Part shown: piece after piece, positions 1 to 9,404 of the stretch | How the letters are laid out: every line of letters begins with the position of its first letter | Numbering within the stretch: the first letter of the stretch is position 1 | Notes under the pieces: model-generated | Databases searched by the model: none | What the model saw: the letters and a program-made list of their open reading frames with translations, nothing else | What the model was told of the DNA's origin: nothing | Program-made: the position numbers and the translations under genes | DNA from: Candidatus Hadarchaeota archaeon | GTDB lineage: Archaea > Hadarchaeota > Hadarchaeia > Hadarchaeales > JAGGTB01 | Length of the DNA: 64,000 nt | Direction: 5' to 3' | Assembly: GCA_964384105.1 (NCBI GenBank) | Contig: CAYLJV010000002.1 | Span: 648-64,647 of the forward strand

Positions 1-905
1 GCCGGTTATCCTTCGTTGACGCTGCTATAGACAGGGGGGTGGAACTGGATTTCGATCTGGTGGATGGACAGAGCTTCCTCGCCTATCTGCCAGCCTACGG
101 AATAGGCGAGAGAAAGAGGGCGGTGAAGGTCGCCACCTATCACGAGACCTGGATCGGAGACTGGATCGAGAACAAGGGGCTGATCACCGGGATAGGTGGG
201 GAGATATGGGAGCGTCTCTCCCTGGGTAAGGACTGGGACCGGATACTCTCCGTGAGTGAGTTCACTAAAAACAGGTTGGTCGAGAGGGGTGTGGATGGTC
301 AAAAGGTGGACGTCGTTCCCAACGGGGTTGACCTCTCCGAGTTTGAGGAGGTCGAGGTCGAAAAGACGGAGGAACCCACCGTCTGTACCGTTTCGAGGCT
401 GACCGAGAAGAAAAAAGTCGATCTGGTCATGAAGGCCTTTGAAAAGGTTTCCGAAAAGTTCCCCTCCTGCAAGCTTAGGGTGGTCGGTGACGGGCCTGAA
501 TACGACAAGCTGGAGAGGTTGGCGGATGAGCTGGATGCTGATATTGAATTAGTAGGCTACGTTCCTGACAAGAGGGATGTTATAAGAATCATGAAGGAGT
601 CTCACGTTTTTGTATCAGCTTCTGTTCTGGAGGGTTTCGGGGTTTCGGTTATAGAATCTGCCGCCTCCGGGACGCCTTACGTAGTTTCCGATATTGAACC
701 GCATGTTGAGGTTACCAAGGGGGAGAAGGGTGGGTTGGTTTTTAGAAGGGACGATCGGGAGGATCTTGAGGGGAAGATTTCTAGACTCCTAGAGAATAGG
801 GAACTTTACGAGGAAAAGAAGAAGGAATGTAGGTCCTTGGCAAAGGAATACGACTGGGGAAAGGTTGTGGATGGGTTGGAGAGAATTTATTCTGATCTTT
901 TGTGA
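1..905 (+). CDS. Glycosyltransferase family 4 (GT1 fold), C-terminal part; 5' end lies outside the window (open frame continues to position 3, annotated start is GTG at 39)
   Basis: Typical GT4 C-terminal domain residues (E..G.PVV-like segment 'SVIESAASGTPYVVSD', KVD/VVGDGPE pattern). Frame is open to the window edge. Confidence 0.6.
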   Translation, partial: RLSFVDAAIDRGVELDFDLVDGQSFLAYLPAYGIGERKRAVKVATYHETWIGDWIENKGLITGIGGEIWERLSLGKDWDRILSVSEFTKNRLVERGVDGQKVDVVPNGVDLSEFEEVEVEKTEEPTVCTVSRLTEKKKVDLVMKAFEKVSEKFPSCKLRVVGDGPEYDKLERLADELDADIELVGYVPDKRDVIRIMKESHVFVSASVLEGFGVSVIESAASGTPYVVSDIEPHVEVTKGEKGGLVFRRDDREDLEGKISRLLENRELYEEKKKECRSLAKEYDWGKVVDGLERIYSDLL

Positions 906-985
906 TCCTTTACAATTCTCTCATTTGTTCAATTGTCAAAAATTCTTCTTCTGATTTTATTCAAAGTATTAATAACAGTCAAAAA

Positions 986-1963
986 TCAGTCAAAATAACC
1001 CAGATCTTTCAATCTCTTTTTTATCTCCTCTTCCTCATCACCTTGGAAATCTTCCTCTTCATCCTGTTCCTCCAGTTCTCCGTGAGCGTACTTCTCAGAG
1101 TCAAAATCCCCTGAGAGGATTTCCTTGATTATGTCGTAAAAATCTGTCATTTTCGGATTTTTCAAACCTAGTTCAACGCTTGAAGAGTAGAACCCGTAGT
1201 TCATGTCGGTGTGGTCCCCGTAATTTCCTAATCTTTTCATACCGTGATCAGAAACGATCAAGACCAGACCATCGAATCGATTCTTTACCGTGCCAGCTAG
1301 ATCATTCAAAACGCTGTATGTCTCCTTCATCACTTCCATATTTCCTCGATAGACGTGACCCATCCAGTCAGCGGGTCCGAACCAAGCCATGACCAAGTCT
1401 TTATCGAGGTTTTGCAACAGTTCCTTCTTTGTTTTTTTGAAACAGTTCCATACCCCCTCTTGGAACTCGCTGTCTGATATTTTGTCCTCAATCATCTCCT
1501 TCATACTCGTCTCCTTAGACCTCTTTTTGCTGAAGGATGGAATATTTATACCTATCGAGTCACCCACGTTATCAAAAATAGTTTTCTTTTTCAGATCCTT
1601 CGAAACATTTTGACTTTTTACCGTACCCTTGACTCGATCTACGAGACCGAGCTTTCCAAGATGGTGTTTCGTGGATACTGCTATTTTTCCAGAAACGTTC
1701 TTCTTTAGAAATTTGTATGGGGAACGGAAAATCTTCTTAAGAAATCCCGATCCCTCCTCTTCACGAAAATAAGGCTCCAAATTCTCCCCTGTAAGAAAGG
1801 AACCCCAAAGTATGGGCGTGAATACTGTGTAGAAGTCCGAAATATCGACCTTTCCATACTCTTTTTGTTCTAAATTTGGGAAGTCAAACTTCTCAATCAA
1901 ATCAATCTCAAGAGCATCATAGGCTAAAATGCATATTTTTTGATTTTCTTCGATACGATCCAA
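986..1963 (-). CDS. Alkaline-phosphatase-superfamily protein, subtype B (type I phosphodiesterase / nucleotide pyrophosphatase-like). Ends in a CysD-like tail KKRLKDLGYFD after an acidic stretch
   Basis: N-terminal 'ILAYDALE...LWGSFLTGEN' and C-terminal 'VSDHGMK..GDH' motifs resemble the metal-binding / SDHGM motifs of the PF01663-like AP superfamily. Paralogue of 55173..55901. No signal peptide. Confidence 0.5.
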   Translation of the reverse strand: MDRIEENQKICILAYDALEIDLIEKFDFPNLEQKEYGKVDISDFYTVFTPILWGSFLTGENLEPYFREEEGSGFLKKIFRSPYKFLKKNVSGKIAVSTKHHLGKLGLVDRVKGTVKSQNVSKDLKKKTIFDNVGDSIGINIPSFSKKRSKETSMKEMIEDKISDSEFQEGVWNCFKKTKKELLQNLDKDLVMAWFGPADWMGHVYRGNMEVMKETYSVLNDLAGTVKNRFDGLVLIVSDHGMKRLGNYGDHTDMNYGFYSSSVELGLKNPKMTDFYDIIKEILSGDFDSEKYAHGELEEQDEEEDFQGDEEEEIKKRLKDLGYFD

Positions 1964-2063
1964 TTGTAATCGAACCTCTTTTGGAACTTTCCAATTTGTT
2001 TAAAACTAGCAGGCCTTATAAGATAACTCTAACTGGCGTGCCTGAATGAACAGCTTTTAACTC

Positions 2064-3647
2064 TTGGAGACCTATCTAAACCCGAATCTGAGGATGAACG
2101 AAATGGGGGAAGACGAAAGTATTGCTCAGCAGATTTTCAAGGGTTCCTCAGTCACTTTCATAGGACAGATCGTGGTAGGAGCATCGACATTTCTTCTGAG
2201 AATTTTTTTAGCACGTGGTCTCACCACCTCAGAGTTTGGACTCTTGTTTGCCGTGATTAACCTCATTGGGTTTACAAATGTATTTTCCCATCTGGGGTTA
2301 AATGCAGGAGTCAAAAAATTTGTTTCAAAATACATGGCCAAGGGAAAGCCGGATTTAGCTCGATCTTCTATAATATCCGCGCTTGTTATAGTAACCATAG
2401 CATCTCTGATAGTATCATCCGCTTTTATATTTGCTTCCAACTTCCTTGCCAACTCCTACTTCGGCACGGGGGACGCTGTCCCCATAGTAATAATAATGAG
2501 CATTTGGTTCTTCTTCATGTCCTACTACCATCTCCTAGCCAATGCCCTGCAAGGATTCAAGGACTTTACTGGGAATATCATTGGAAGTGTCTTGAGAGTG
2601 CTCACCCCCTTCCTTGGGGTTCTCATTTTAATCGCCTTTTTAGACCTCACCGCAAATATAGCTGCGTTCCTATATCTATTGGGGCCGATTCTAGCGACGG
2701 TTTTATATTACAGACTCCTTAGAAGACGACACTCAGATATAGTGATCAAAACCCAGGGGGGTTTCTCGACCGAAATAGGTAAGAAAATGATTTTCTTCGG
2801 ACTACCTCTCATCCTGTCAGGAGTTGCGACATCGGTAATAGGACAAATAGATACCATTATGCTCACCGGTCTGCGTTCATTAAGCGATGTAGGACTCTAT
2901 GAGGCGGCAAAGGTGACCAAGACGGGACTCGCTTTCCTGGGTGGCGCACTTGCCACTCCAATGTTCCCCATAGTCTCGGAACTATGGGCGAAAAAGGACA
3001 TCAAAACACTTCGGAAAACCCTCAGCTTCATGACAAAGTTCTCCTTCATCGGTATACTACCCGCAGCACTGGTGTTCTTCGCATTTCCTGAAATCGTAAT
3101 AAGGATCCTCTTCGGATCAGAGTACGTGGCAGCAGCAAACGCTATGAGGATCTTCGCTGGAGGAGCAATCTTTTGGTCTATCGAAACAGTTTTCGTGAGT
3201 TCTCTCAGTGGCATAGGCAAAACAAAGCTGGTGTTGAAAGTCAACGGCATCTCCGCTCTGTTTAACATAGGGGCAAACTATCTTCTGATTCCACTCTATG
3301 GAGCTACCGGAGCAGCTATGGCCACTGGACTTTCCTTCTTGTTAGCCTTTTTACTATCCTTCTATTATTCCAAGAGAGAGATCGGATTTCTTCCAGATTT
3401 TGCTTCCTTGATGAAGGCCGGTGCCGGGAGCCTGCTTACCCTGGGGCTTATCTTCCTTCTAAAGGAGACCTTCCCCCTCCCCACGTGGCCTCTGCTGTTC
3501 ATATCGATGGGTACTGGCCTGATTTTCTACATACTCTGGGTATTCACAACGGGCACAATCAAAAAAGAGGACCTTACAACGATCGAGGAAAATACGCCCG
3601 TTCCCAGCAAAATTATCTCGGTTTTTAGGAAGATATTCTTCAGTTAG
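2064..3647 (+). CDS. Polysaccharide biosynthesis protein / Wzx-like flippase (MOP superfamily), multi-pass membrane protein
   Basis: 527 aa, about 12-14 hydrophobic segments, typical polysaccharide-transporter organisation. Sits inside a GT cluster. Confidence 0.65.
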   Translation: METYLNPNLRMNEMGEDESIAQQIFKGSSVTFIGQIVVGASTFLLRIFLARGLTTSEFGLLFAVINLIGFTNVFSHLGLNAGVKKFVSKYMAKGKPDLARSSIISALVIVTIASLIVSSAFIFASNFLANSYFGTGDAVPIVIIMSIWFFFMSYYHLLANALQGFKDFTGNIIGSVLRVLTPFLGVLILIAFLDLTANIAAFLYLLGPILATVLYYRLLRRRHSDIVIKTQGGFSTEIGKKMIFFGLPLILSGVATSVIGQIDTIMLTGLRSLSDVGLYEAAKVTKTGLAFLGGALATPMFPIVSELWAKKDIKTLRKTLSFMTKFSFIGILPAALVFFAFPEIVIRILFGSEYVAAANAMRIFAGGAIFWSIETVFVSSLSGIGKTKLVLKVNGISALFNIGANYLLIPLYGATGAAMATGLSFLLAFLLSFYYSKREIGFLPDFASLMKAGAGSLLTLGLIFLLKETFPLPTWPLLFISMGTGLIFYILWVFTTGTIKKEDLTTIEENTPVPSKIISVFRKIFFS

Positions 3648-3766
3648 CCCAATAATATAGATATTTATCGATAATCGAAGTGAATTTACATCAAATTCTC
3701 AAAAAATTTCAAGAGACTCAATAATAATTTAGGTAAGATTTGATTAAATAAGATAAAGAATCGAAG

Positions 3767-4762
3767 GTGAGATACCTGAAAGAATTACCTAAGCAGAAGA
3801 GCCTTATATATAAGGGAGATTGGGACTTCCTAATAATATTGGACGCCTGCCGCTACGATTATTTTAAGAACTTATACAAATCGTATCTGCCCGATGGAAG
3901 TTTAACCAAAGTAGAATCGGAGGGATCCAATACTGCCCAATGGTTGATAAAAACTTTCGATAAACCGATGAGAGACACCATCTATATCTCTTCCACCCCA
4001 TGGGTAAACTCCAAAGTGCCTGTGGAACACGAAAAAATGGGGGAAATAGTAGATGTAAGAAATAGTTTTTCAAAAATTATAGATGTCTGGGATTTCGGCT
4101 GGGAAAACGGAGTAGTTTGGCCGAAAACCATGGTAGAAACTGCAAGAGTAGTTGAAGAAAAAAACTCAAACAAAAATAAAAGGAAGATAATCCATTATAA
4201 GCAGCCGCATTGTCCCTATCTTGAGGAGCTTGAAACCTATCACGGAGAAAAATATCTATCTCACCTCACTAATCTTATCGAATTACCCAACGGATTATTC
4301 AATAAGAAAAATAATGAAAAGGGGAAAAAATCAAGAAACAAGGTTGGAAAAGGAGTGGCGAGGGGAAGAATAGGCAAATTTTTAAAAAACACCTTTGGAA
4401 TGGAATTCTTCACAGAACTCAAAGAGTTTTTAAGATTACCGTCCAGAACTACCGGAGAGGTCATGAAAAGAAAAGGAGTAAAAGGCTTACGAAGGCTTTA
4501 TAATGAAAACCTTAGAAGAGTTCTTCGATCAGTAGCCGAGCTTAAGGAAATATTGGATGGAAAATTAGTGATCACTGCAGACCATGGTGAATTTTTAGGA
4601 GACGTATTTTATGAGGATCTAACGTCCAGACAAAGAAGGCAACTTAATGGCTTTAGAGGTAAGAATAATCAAAATTCGGACAAAAATGTAAAAGGTCCAC
4701 TTTCAGGCCATTCAATCGTAGAACATCCCATACTAAGAGAAGTTCCGTGGTGTATCGCTTAA
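3767..4762 (+). CDS. Alkaline-phosphatase-superfamily protein, subtype A (sulfatase / phosphoethanolamine-transferase-like core), with Lys/Arg-rich insertions
   Basis: 'ILDACRYDYF', 'SEGSNTAQWL' and 'ITADHGEFLG...HPILREVPW' motifs are shared with 4910..5728 and 12325..13176. The ADHGE.LGE motif resembles the sulfatase / EptA-type C-terminal metal site. No signal peptide. Confidence 0.5.
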   Translation: MRYLKELPKQKSLIYKGDWDFLIILDACRYDYFKNLYKSYLPDGSLTKVESEGSNTAQWLIKTFDKPMRDTIYISSTPWVNSKVPVEHEKMGEIVDVRNSFSKIIDVWDFGWENGVVWPKTMVETARVVEEKNSNKNKRKIIHYKQPHCPYLEELETYHGEKYLSHLTNLIELPNGLFNKKNNEKGKKSRNKVGKGVARGRIGKFLKNTFGMEFFTELKEFLRLPSRTTGEVMKRKGVKGLRRLYNENLRRVLRSVAELKEILDGKLVITADHGEFLGDVFYEDLTSRQRRQLNGFRGKNNQNSDKNVKGPLSGHSIVEHPILREVPWCIA

Positions 4763-4909
4763 ATTAATAAGATCAATTAAACGATATTTCTACTCATTTC
4801 AAGATTCTGAATAAATTAAGATAAAAATAAGTTGGTGATAATATCACCTTTCCCAATAGGTATCTGTTTGTATAAAATTTTTTATCCAACGCCAAATAGG
4901 TGTTAAAAC

Positions 4910-5728
4910 ATGAGATCTCAGAAAAATCTTATATACAGAGAAGATTGGAGTTGTCTAATAATTTTGGATGCTTGCCGATACGACTACTTTGAAAACCTTT
5001 ATGAGGATTATCTCCCACGGGGAAGACTTAAAAAAGTTCTTTCCGAGGGAAGCTCTACGGCTGAATGGCTTAGAAAAACATTTAATGACAATAATCTTGA
5101 GGACGTCATATATGTTTCCGCAAACGCTTTTATCAACTCTCAAGGCGCCAACATAGCCGGTTTCGACGGCAGAAAGCATTTTTTTAACGTGATAGACGTG
5201 TGGGATAAATATTGGAACAACGATCTAAAGACGATCCTGCCTGAAAAAGTCAGGAAAACAACCCTTCTTACCAAGGCAAAATTTCCCGATAAAAGAATTA
5301 TCACCCATTTCATGCAGCCACACTATCCTTATCTTTCGATTGGACCTGTTGAAGGAGGGTTAGGGGCTCCTAAAGCCGCCAAACAAAAGGGACTATTAAT
5401 AAAGACCCGGAGGAAAATAGGAAGATTCATAAGAAGAACAGCAGGTTTAGGAGTTTACAAGAAAATAAAAGAATATATCGTTGGCACACGAGAGGCAGGA
5501 AAATTGGAAAAAATAGTACAAGAATATGGAGAATATGAACTGAAACAGGCTTACATGAAAAATTTGATTAGGGTTCTTAAAGAAGCTAGAAAAATCTTGG
5601 AAAGATATCCCGGGAAAGTAGTTATTACCGCAGATCACGGTGAACTACTGGGGGAAGACGGATACGGACATCCTACAGACTCAAATCACCACATTTTGCG
5701 GGAGGTTCCTTGGTGGGGACCTGATTGA
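4910..5728 (+). CDS. Alkaline-phosphatase-superfamily protein, subtype A, tandem paralogue of 3767..4762
   Basis: 'IILDACRYDYFENLY', 'SEGSSTAEWL', 'VITADHGELLGEDGYGHP...HHILREVPWW'. Confidence 0.5.
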   Translation: MRSQKNLIYREDWSCLIILDACRYDYFENLYEDYLPRGRLKKVLSEGSSTAEWLRKTFNDNNLEDVIYVSANAFINSQGANIAGFDGRKHFFNVIDVWDKYWNNDLKTILPEKVRKTTLLTKAKFPDKRIITHFMQPHYPYLSIGPVEGGLGAPKAAKQKGLLIKTRRKIGRFIRRTAGLGVYKKIKEYIVGTREAGKLEKIVQEYGEYELKQAYMKNLIRVLKEARKILERYPGKVVITADHGELLGEDGYGHPTDSNHHILREVPWWGPD

Positions 5729-5785
5729 GTTGAGACTATCATATTTGTCAACTTTTAATTTGACTTATTTTATCCTTGATTTTCT

Positions 5786-6613
5786 TCATCTCAGAAAATA
5801 TTCCCGTTCTTCCTGAGCTTTCTCTACCAGTTCTTTAACAGATTTTTTGAAATTCTCCTCTGCCCTTTCAAAGGTGTATTCAGAGGCGACTTCTTTGGCC
5901 TTTCCCGACATTTTTTGCATTTCTTTTTCATCTTTGTCTATCAGTTCATTTATCTTACTATAGTACTCAACCACCTCGTTCTGTAACACGAGTTCAGGAC
6001 TTACTTTATGGACCATGTTTTTATTCCCCGTATTTTCGCTCACGATTGGAATCAGGCCGGCAGCCATGGCCTCCAAAACGCTATTGGGTGCTGCATCAAA
6101 ACGGGCAGGGTGAACATAAAATGTGGATTTTTTTAGGTAAGGTTTTGGATCAGTATAGCCGATGAGATGAAACTTCGGTTCTTTGACTTCATATTTTTTT
6201 ATATAGGACGGGATTCCTTCCTTTGAACCTAAGATATATGTTTCTCCACTAAAGCCGTCTTGTCGCAATTTCTTATCGACTTCCATCAAAATATCGTTCC
6301 CCTTTCTTGGATAGTGGGTTCCTATAGATACAACATTTGAGGACAGCAAATCCGGTTCAATCTCCAGAAATGACTCTTTCATTAGAAAGGGGTCTACCTT
6401 TCTGCAGAGACATTCGCTGTTTTTCTCCACATATCCTTTTATCATGTCTGAGACTGCAATCACCCCGTCTATATGTCTAGACATCCATCGATGCAAAATC
6501 TTTTGATAACTCGGAAAAAATTCGAAGTCAAAAAATCTGTCATTCGACCTTACAATTAAGATTATTTCTTTACCAAGAATGGCTTTTCGAATAACTATAG
6601 GTAGAATAGCCAT
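5786..6613 (-). CDS. Glycosyltransferase family 4, C-terminal domain. The upstream reading frame stays open to about 6832 without a start codon (possible disrupted gene)
   Basis: GT4 C-terminal motifs ('EAMAAGLIPIVSENTGN'). 73 in-frame sense codons lie upstream of the annotated Met with no ATG/GTG/TTG. An out-of-frame ATG follows a GGAG at about 6823. Confidence 0.5.
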   Translation of the reverse strand: MAILPIVIRKAILGKEIILIVRSNDRFFDFEFFPSYQKILHRWMSRHIDGVIAVSDMIKGYVEKNSECLCRKVDPFLMKESFLEIEPDLLSSNVVSIGTHYPRKGNDILMEVDKKLRQDGFSGETYILGSKEGIPSYIKKYEVKEPKFHLIGYTDPKPYLKKSTFYVHPARFDAAPNSVLEAMAAGLIPIVSENTGNKNMVHKVSPELVLQNEVVEYYSKINELIDKDEKEMQKMSGKAKEVASEYTFERAEENFKKSVKELVEKAQEEREYFLR

Positions 6614-7299
6614 TGTATGGCCCGTACTCAGATAGATATCGTGGTCTGGGAGAACAAAAGCATTTTTTATACATTGTAAAATATCATAGACTTTGTTTCC
6701 AGTTAGGGTTGGATAATTAAATGGACTCGGTGAAAGAGTGTCTGCTACCTGTGTGAAGGCAGAATGCCCGTCAGTCCTTCCTATATCAAGCGTTTCGATC
6801 TTAAAAAATTCTAGCGTATGATCATCTCCTTTCTAATTATTATGGATTACTTTTTCTGGAAATCCTATATTTACTAGACTGTGAATCTATTTGTATTTGA
6901 AAAATCCAAATTTTAAGAAGCTATTGGATTCTTTCTAAAGCTAGTTTGTTAGAGCACTAATAAAAGTGAACACTCAACCTAATCGGGATCTTGAGGTTAG
7001 CCAACATTTCTTTTAAACAAACTCGGCAGGTCCTTCAATATATTTTCCATTTGCTCTCGTAATCAGTTTCAAGTCTTTCAATCATTATAAACAAGGTAAG
7101 AGTAAACATACTTACCGCCCTAAGTTTTCTACAAAGAGTCTACTCAAAGAGAGATAACAACAAAAACTGTAAAATCTGAGACAGATTCCCAACCAAAAAA
7201 TGATTTTTGGATAATAAATCAGTAAGATTCTCTCTAGTACGAACTTTGCATGAAAGCTCAAATAAGTATATCTTCAAATAAATAAAAAGGTGGAAATCC

Positions 7300-7983
7300 G
7301 TGAACCTCAAAAATTTAGAAAATAAGTATATCGGGGATAAAGTAAATAATTACGACAAAAGAAGAAGAAATACAGTACAATGGAAATTAGAACAAAAAAA
7401 GATTGAAAAAATTTTAGAAAAAATCCGAAATAACAAAAATGGGCATTTGAAAGTTCTGGACATCCCCGTCGGAACCGGCCGATTTTTCAAGTCATATAAA
7501 AAACTTGGTTTCAAAGTAACAGGAGTGGATATATCACAGGATATGATTAAGCAAGCAGAAGATCGAAGCAAAGAACTTAATCTGAATGCGAAATTTGAAA
7601 AAGGGAACATATTTAGTATCCCTCACGAAAACAACAGTTTTGATTTATCGGTTTGCACGAGATTTATGAATCACATCGATTTTGACAATTTTAGAAAAGC
7701 GCTAAAGGAAATAAAGAGAGTATCAAAATCTTACATAATAATCGATCTCAAGATTTGGAAGCCATATAACATTTTTACATATTTACTAAAATGCTACAAT
7801 AAAATTAGGGAAATAATAAATTTAGAAAAAAATTTTGACCATCTTCACCGAGAAAGCCAGGTTAAAGAATGTTTTTCCGACAACTCTCTATCAATACAGG
7901 AAACCAAAAAGCTGGAATATGGCAACCTAAGTTTTGACCATTTTATTTTTCATCTGAAAAAAACAAAATACAACGGTCGATGA
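7300..7983 (+). CDS. Class I SAM-dependent methyltransferase
   Basis: Motif I 'VLDIPVGTGRF'. Very AT-rich gene inside the glycan locus. Confidence 0.6.
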   Translation: MNLKNLENKYIGDKVNNYDKRRRNTVQWKLEQKKIEKILEKIRNNKNGHLKVLDIPVGTGRFFKSYKKLGFKVTGVDISQDMIKQAEDRSKELNLNAKFEKGNIFSIPHENNSFDLSVCTRFMNHIDFDNFRKALKEIKRVSKSYIIIDLKIWKPYNIFTYLLKCYNKIREIINLEKNFDHLHRESQVKECFSDNSLSIQETKKLEYGNLSFDHFIFHLKKTKYNGR

Positions 7984-8336
7984 AAGTTGTAAATCTAAAT
8001 GGCATAAATATATCCATCAAAACAATGTAAATTTTGTGCTTTTCATTTGGATGCTTAAATCTGCTACAAAATATTGTTTCCTTTTAAAGAACGATCTGAA
8101 TATTCAATCAATTTGATTCAAAAACAAACCCTTCACCTCCTATCGAAAAAATTTTGGATAATTTATCAGTGACATTCATCTTTTGCTAACATCCTAAATA
8201 ATTCAGGAAAAGATTTTATATCTTTGAAGAGAAAATCTCCTACTCCTTTGCTTCCTTTCTACAGATACTGAATTTCTACAAAAATATAGACGGATTTTTC
8301 AAGATATATGACACATATGAAAATTGAGGAAAAGAT

Positions 8337-9353
8337 ATGAAAGTTTGCCTACTCTCAAGATTTTTCGACCTAAGAAACGGTGGGGTCGGCCGATATTCCA
8401 TGGAGCTATTGAAAAGGCTACAGAGAGAGAAAGATTTAGAAATAAAGACTGTCGATCAAGAGGACGGAATACCATTAGGCGAAGGAATGGCAAAATACCT
8501 CCTGTTCTCCTTTTTTGAGTCACGTTTCAGAATCCCTTCGGCAGATGTCTATCATGCTTTATCGCCCCTGGAAGCCTTACACGCTCCCGCCCCACTTCTC
8601 ACGACCTTCCACGATCTTATCCCAATTCTGAACCCAGGGAAAGTCACAGGGAATCACTTTGGGAGCGTTCTAGAAAGGACAATCAGATCTAATTATTTTA
8701 AGATGGCCTGTTCCCGAGCTATAGATAAATCAGATTTATTAGCTTCAGTCAGTCGACAGACAAAGGAACAACTGGTCGAAGAGTTTGGCGTCGACGAGCA
8801 AAAGATTGAAGTTATCAGACACGGTATAAACCCCAATTTGGAGCCGGAACACAAAAAGGAAGAAATCTTCAGAATCGGAACGCTCAGCTTTCTGGGACCA
8901 AGAAAAAGAATCGACTTACTTATAAAATCATTTCTGGAAGCAGACGTCGACGGAGAGTTGACGATAGCTGGAAGTGGAAGGATGATAAAAGAGCTAAAAA
9001 GGGTAGCAGACGGTGACAATCGTGTGAAGTTTCTCGGGTTCGTCCCGGAGGAAGAAGTTAAAGACTTTTATAATTCCCTTGATGTTTTTGTTTTTCCTAC
9101 GAAGTTTGAGGGCTATGGTCTACCGATAGTGGAGGCGATGGCATGCAAGGTTCCTGTAGTGACACTTTCAGACGCCATTATTCCGTCAGATATCAAGGAG
9201 AAAACAATTGTTACGGATGATCTAAGAAGTTGGCTCAAAAATCCCAGCTTTTCGGAAATAAATCTTGATGAAAACTATGAATTCGCCGAAAAGCATGATT
9301 GGGAAAAATGTGCGAAAAAACATAGAGACATTTACGAGAAACTTCGAAAATGA
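8337..9353 (+). CDS. Glycosyltransferase family 4
   Basis: 'FVFPTKFEGYGLPIVEAMACKVPVV' is the canonical GT4 E-x7-E region. Confidence 0.65.
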   Translation: MKVCLLSRFFDLRNGGVGRYSMELLKRLQREKDLEIKTVDQEDGIPLGEGMAKYLLFSFFESRFRIPSADVYHALSPLEALHAPAPLLTTFHDLIPILNPGKVTGNHFGSVLERTIRSNYFKMACSRAIDKSDLLASVSRQTKEQLVEEFGVDEQKIEVIRHGINPNLEPEHKKEEIFRIGTLSFLGPRKRIDLLIKSFLEADVDGELTIAGSGRMIKELKRVADGDNRVKFLGFVPEEEVKDFYNSLDVFVFPTKFEGYGLPIVEAMACKVPVVTLSDAIIPSDIKEKTIVTDDLRSWLKNPSFSEINLDENYEFAEKHDWEKCAKKHRDIYEKLRK

Positions 9354-9404
9354 CTAAATTAAAAGGGACTAAAAAATAGTATCAAAAAGCTTCATGATGG
9401 TAAA

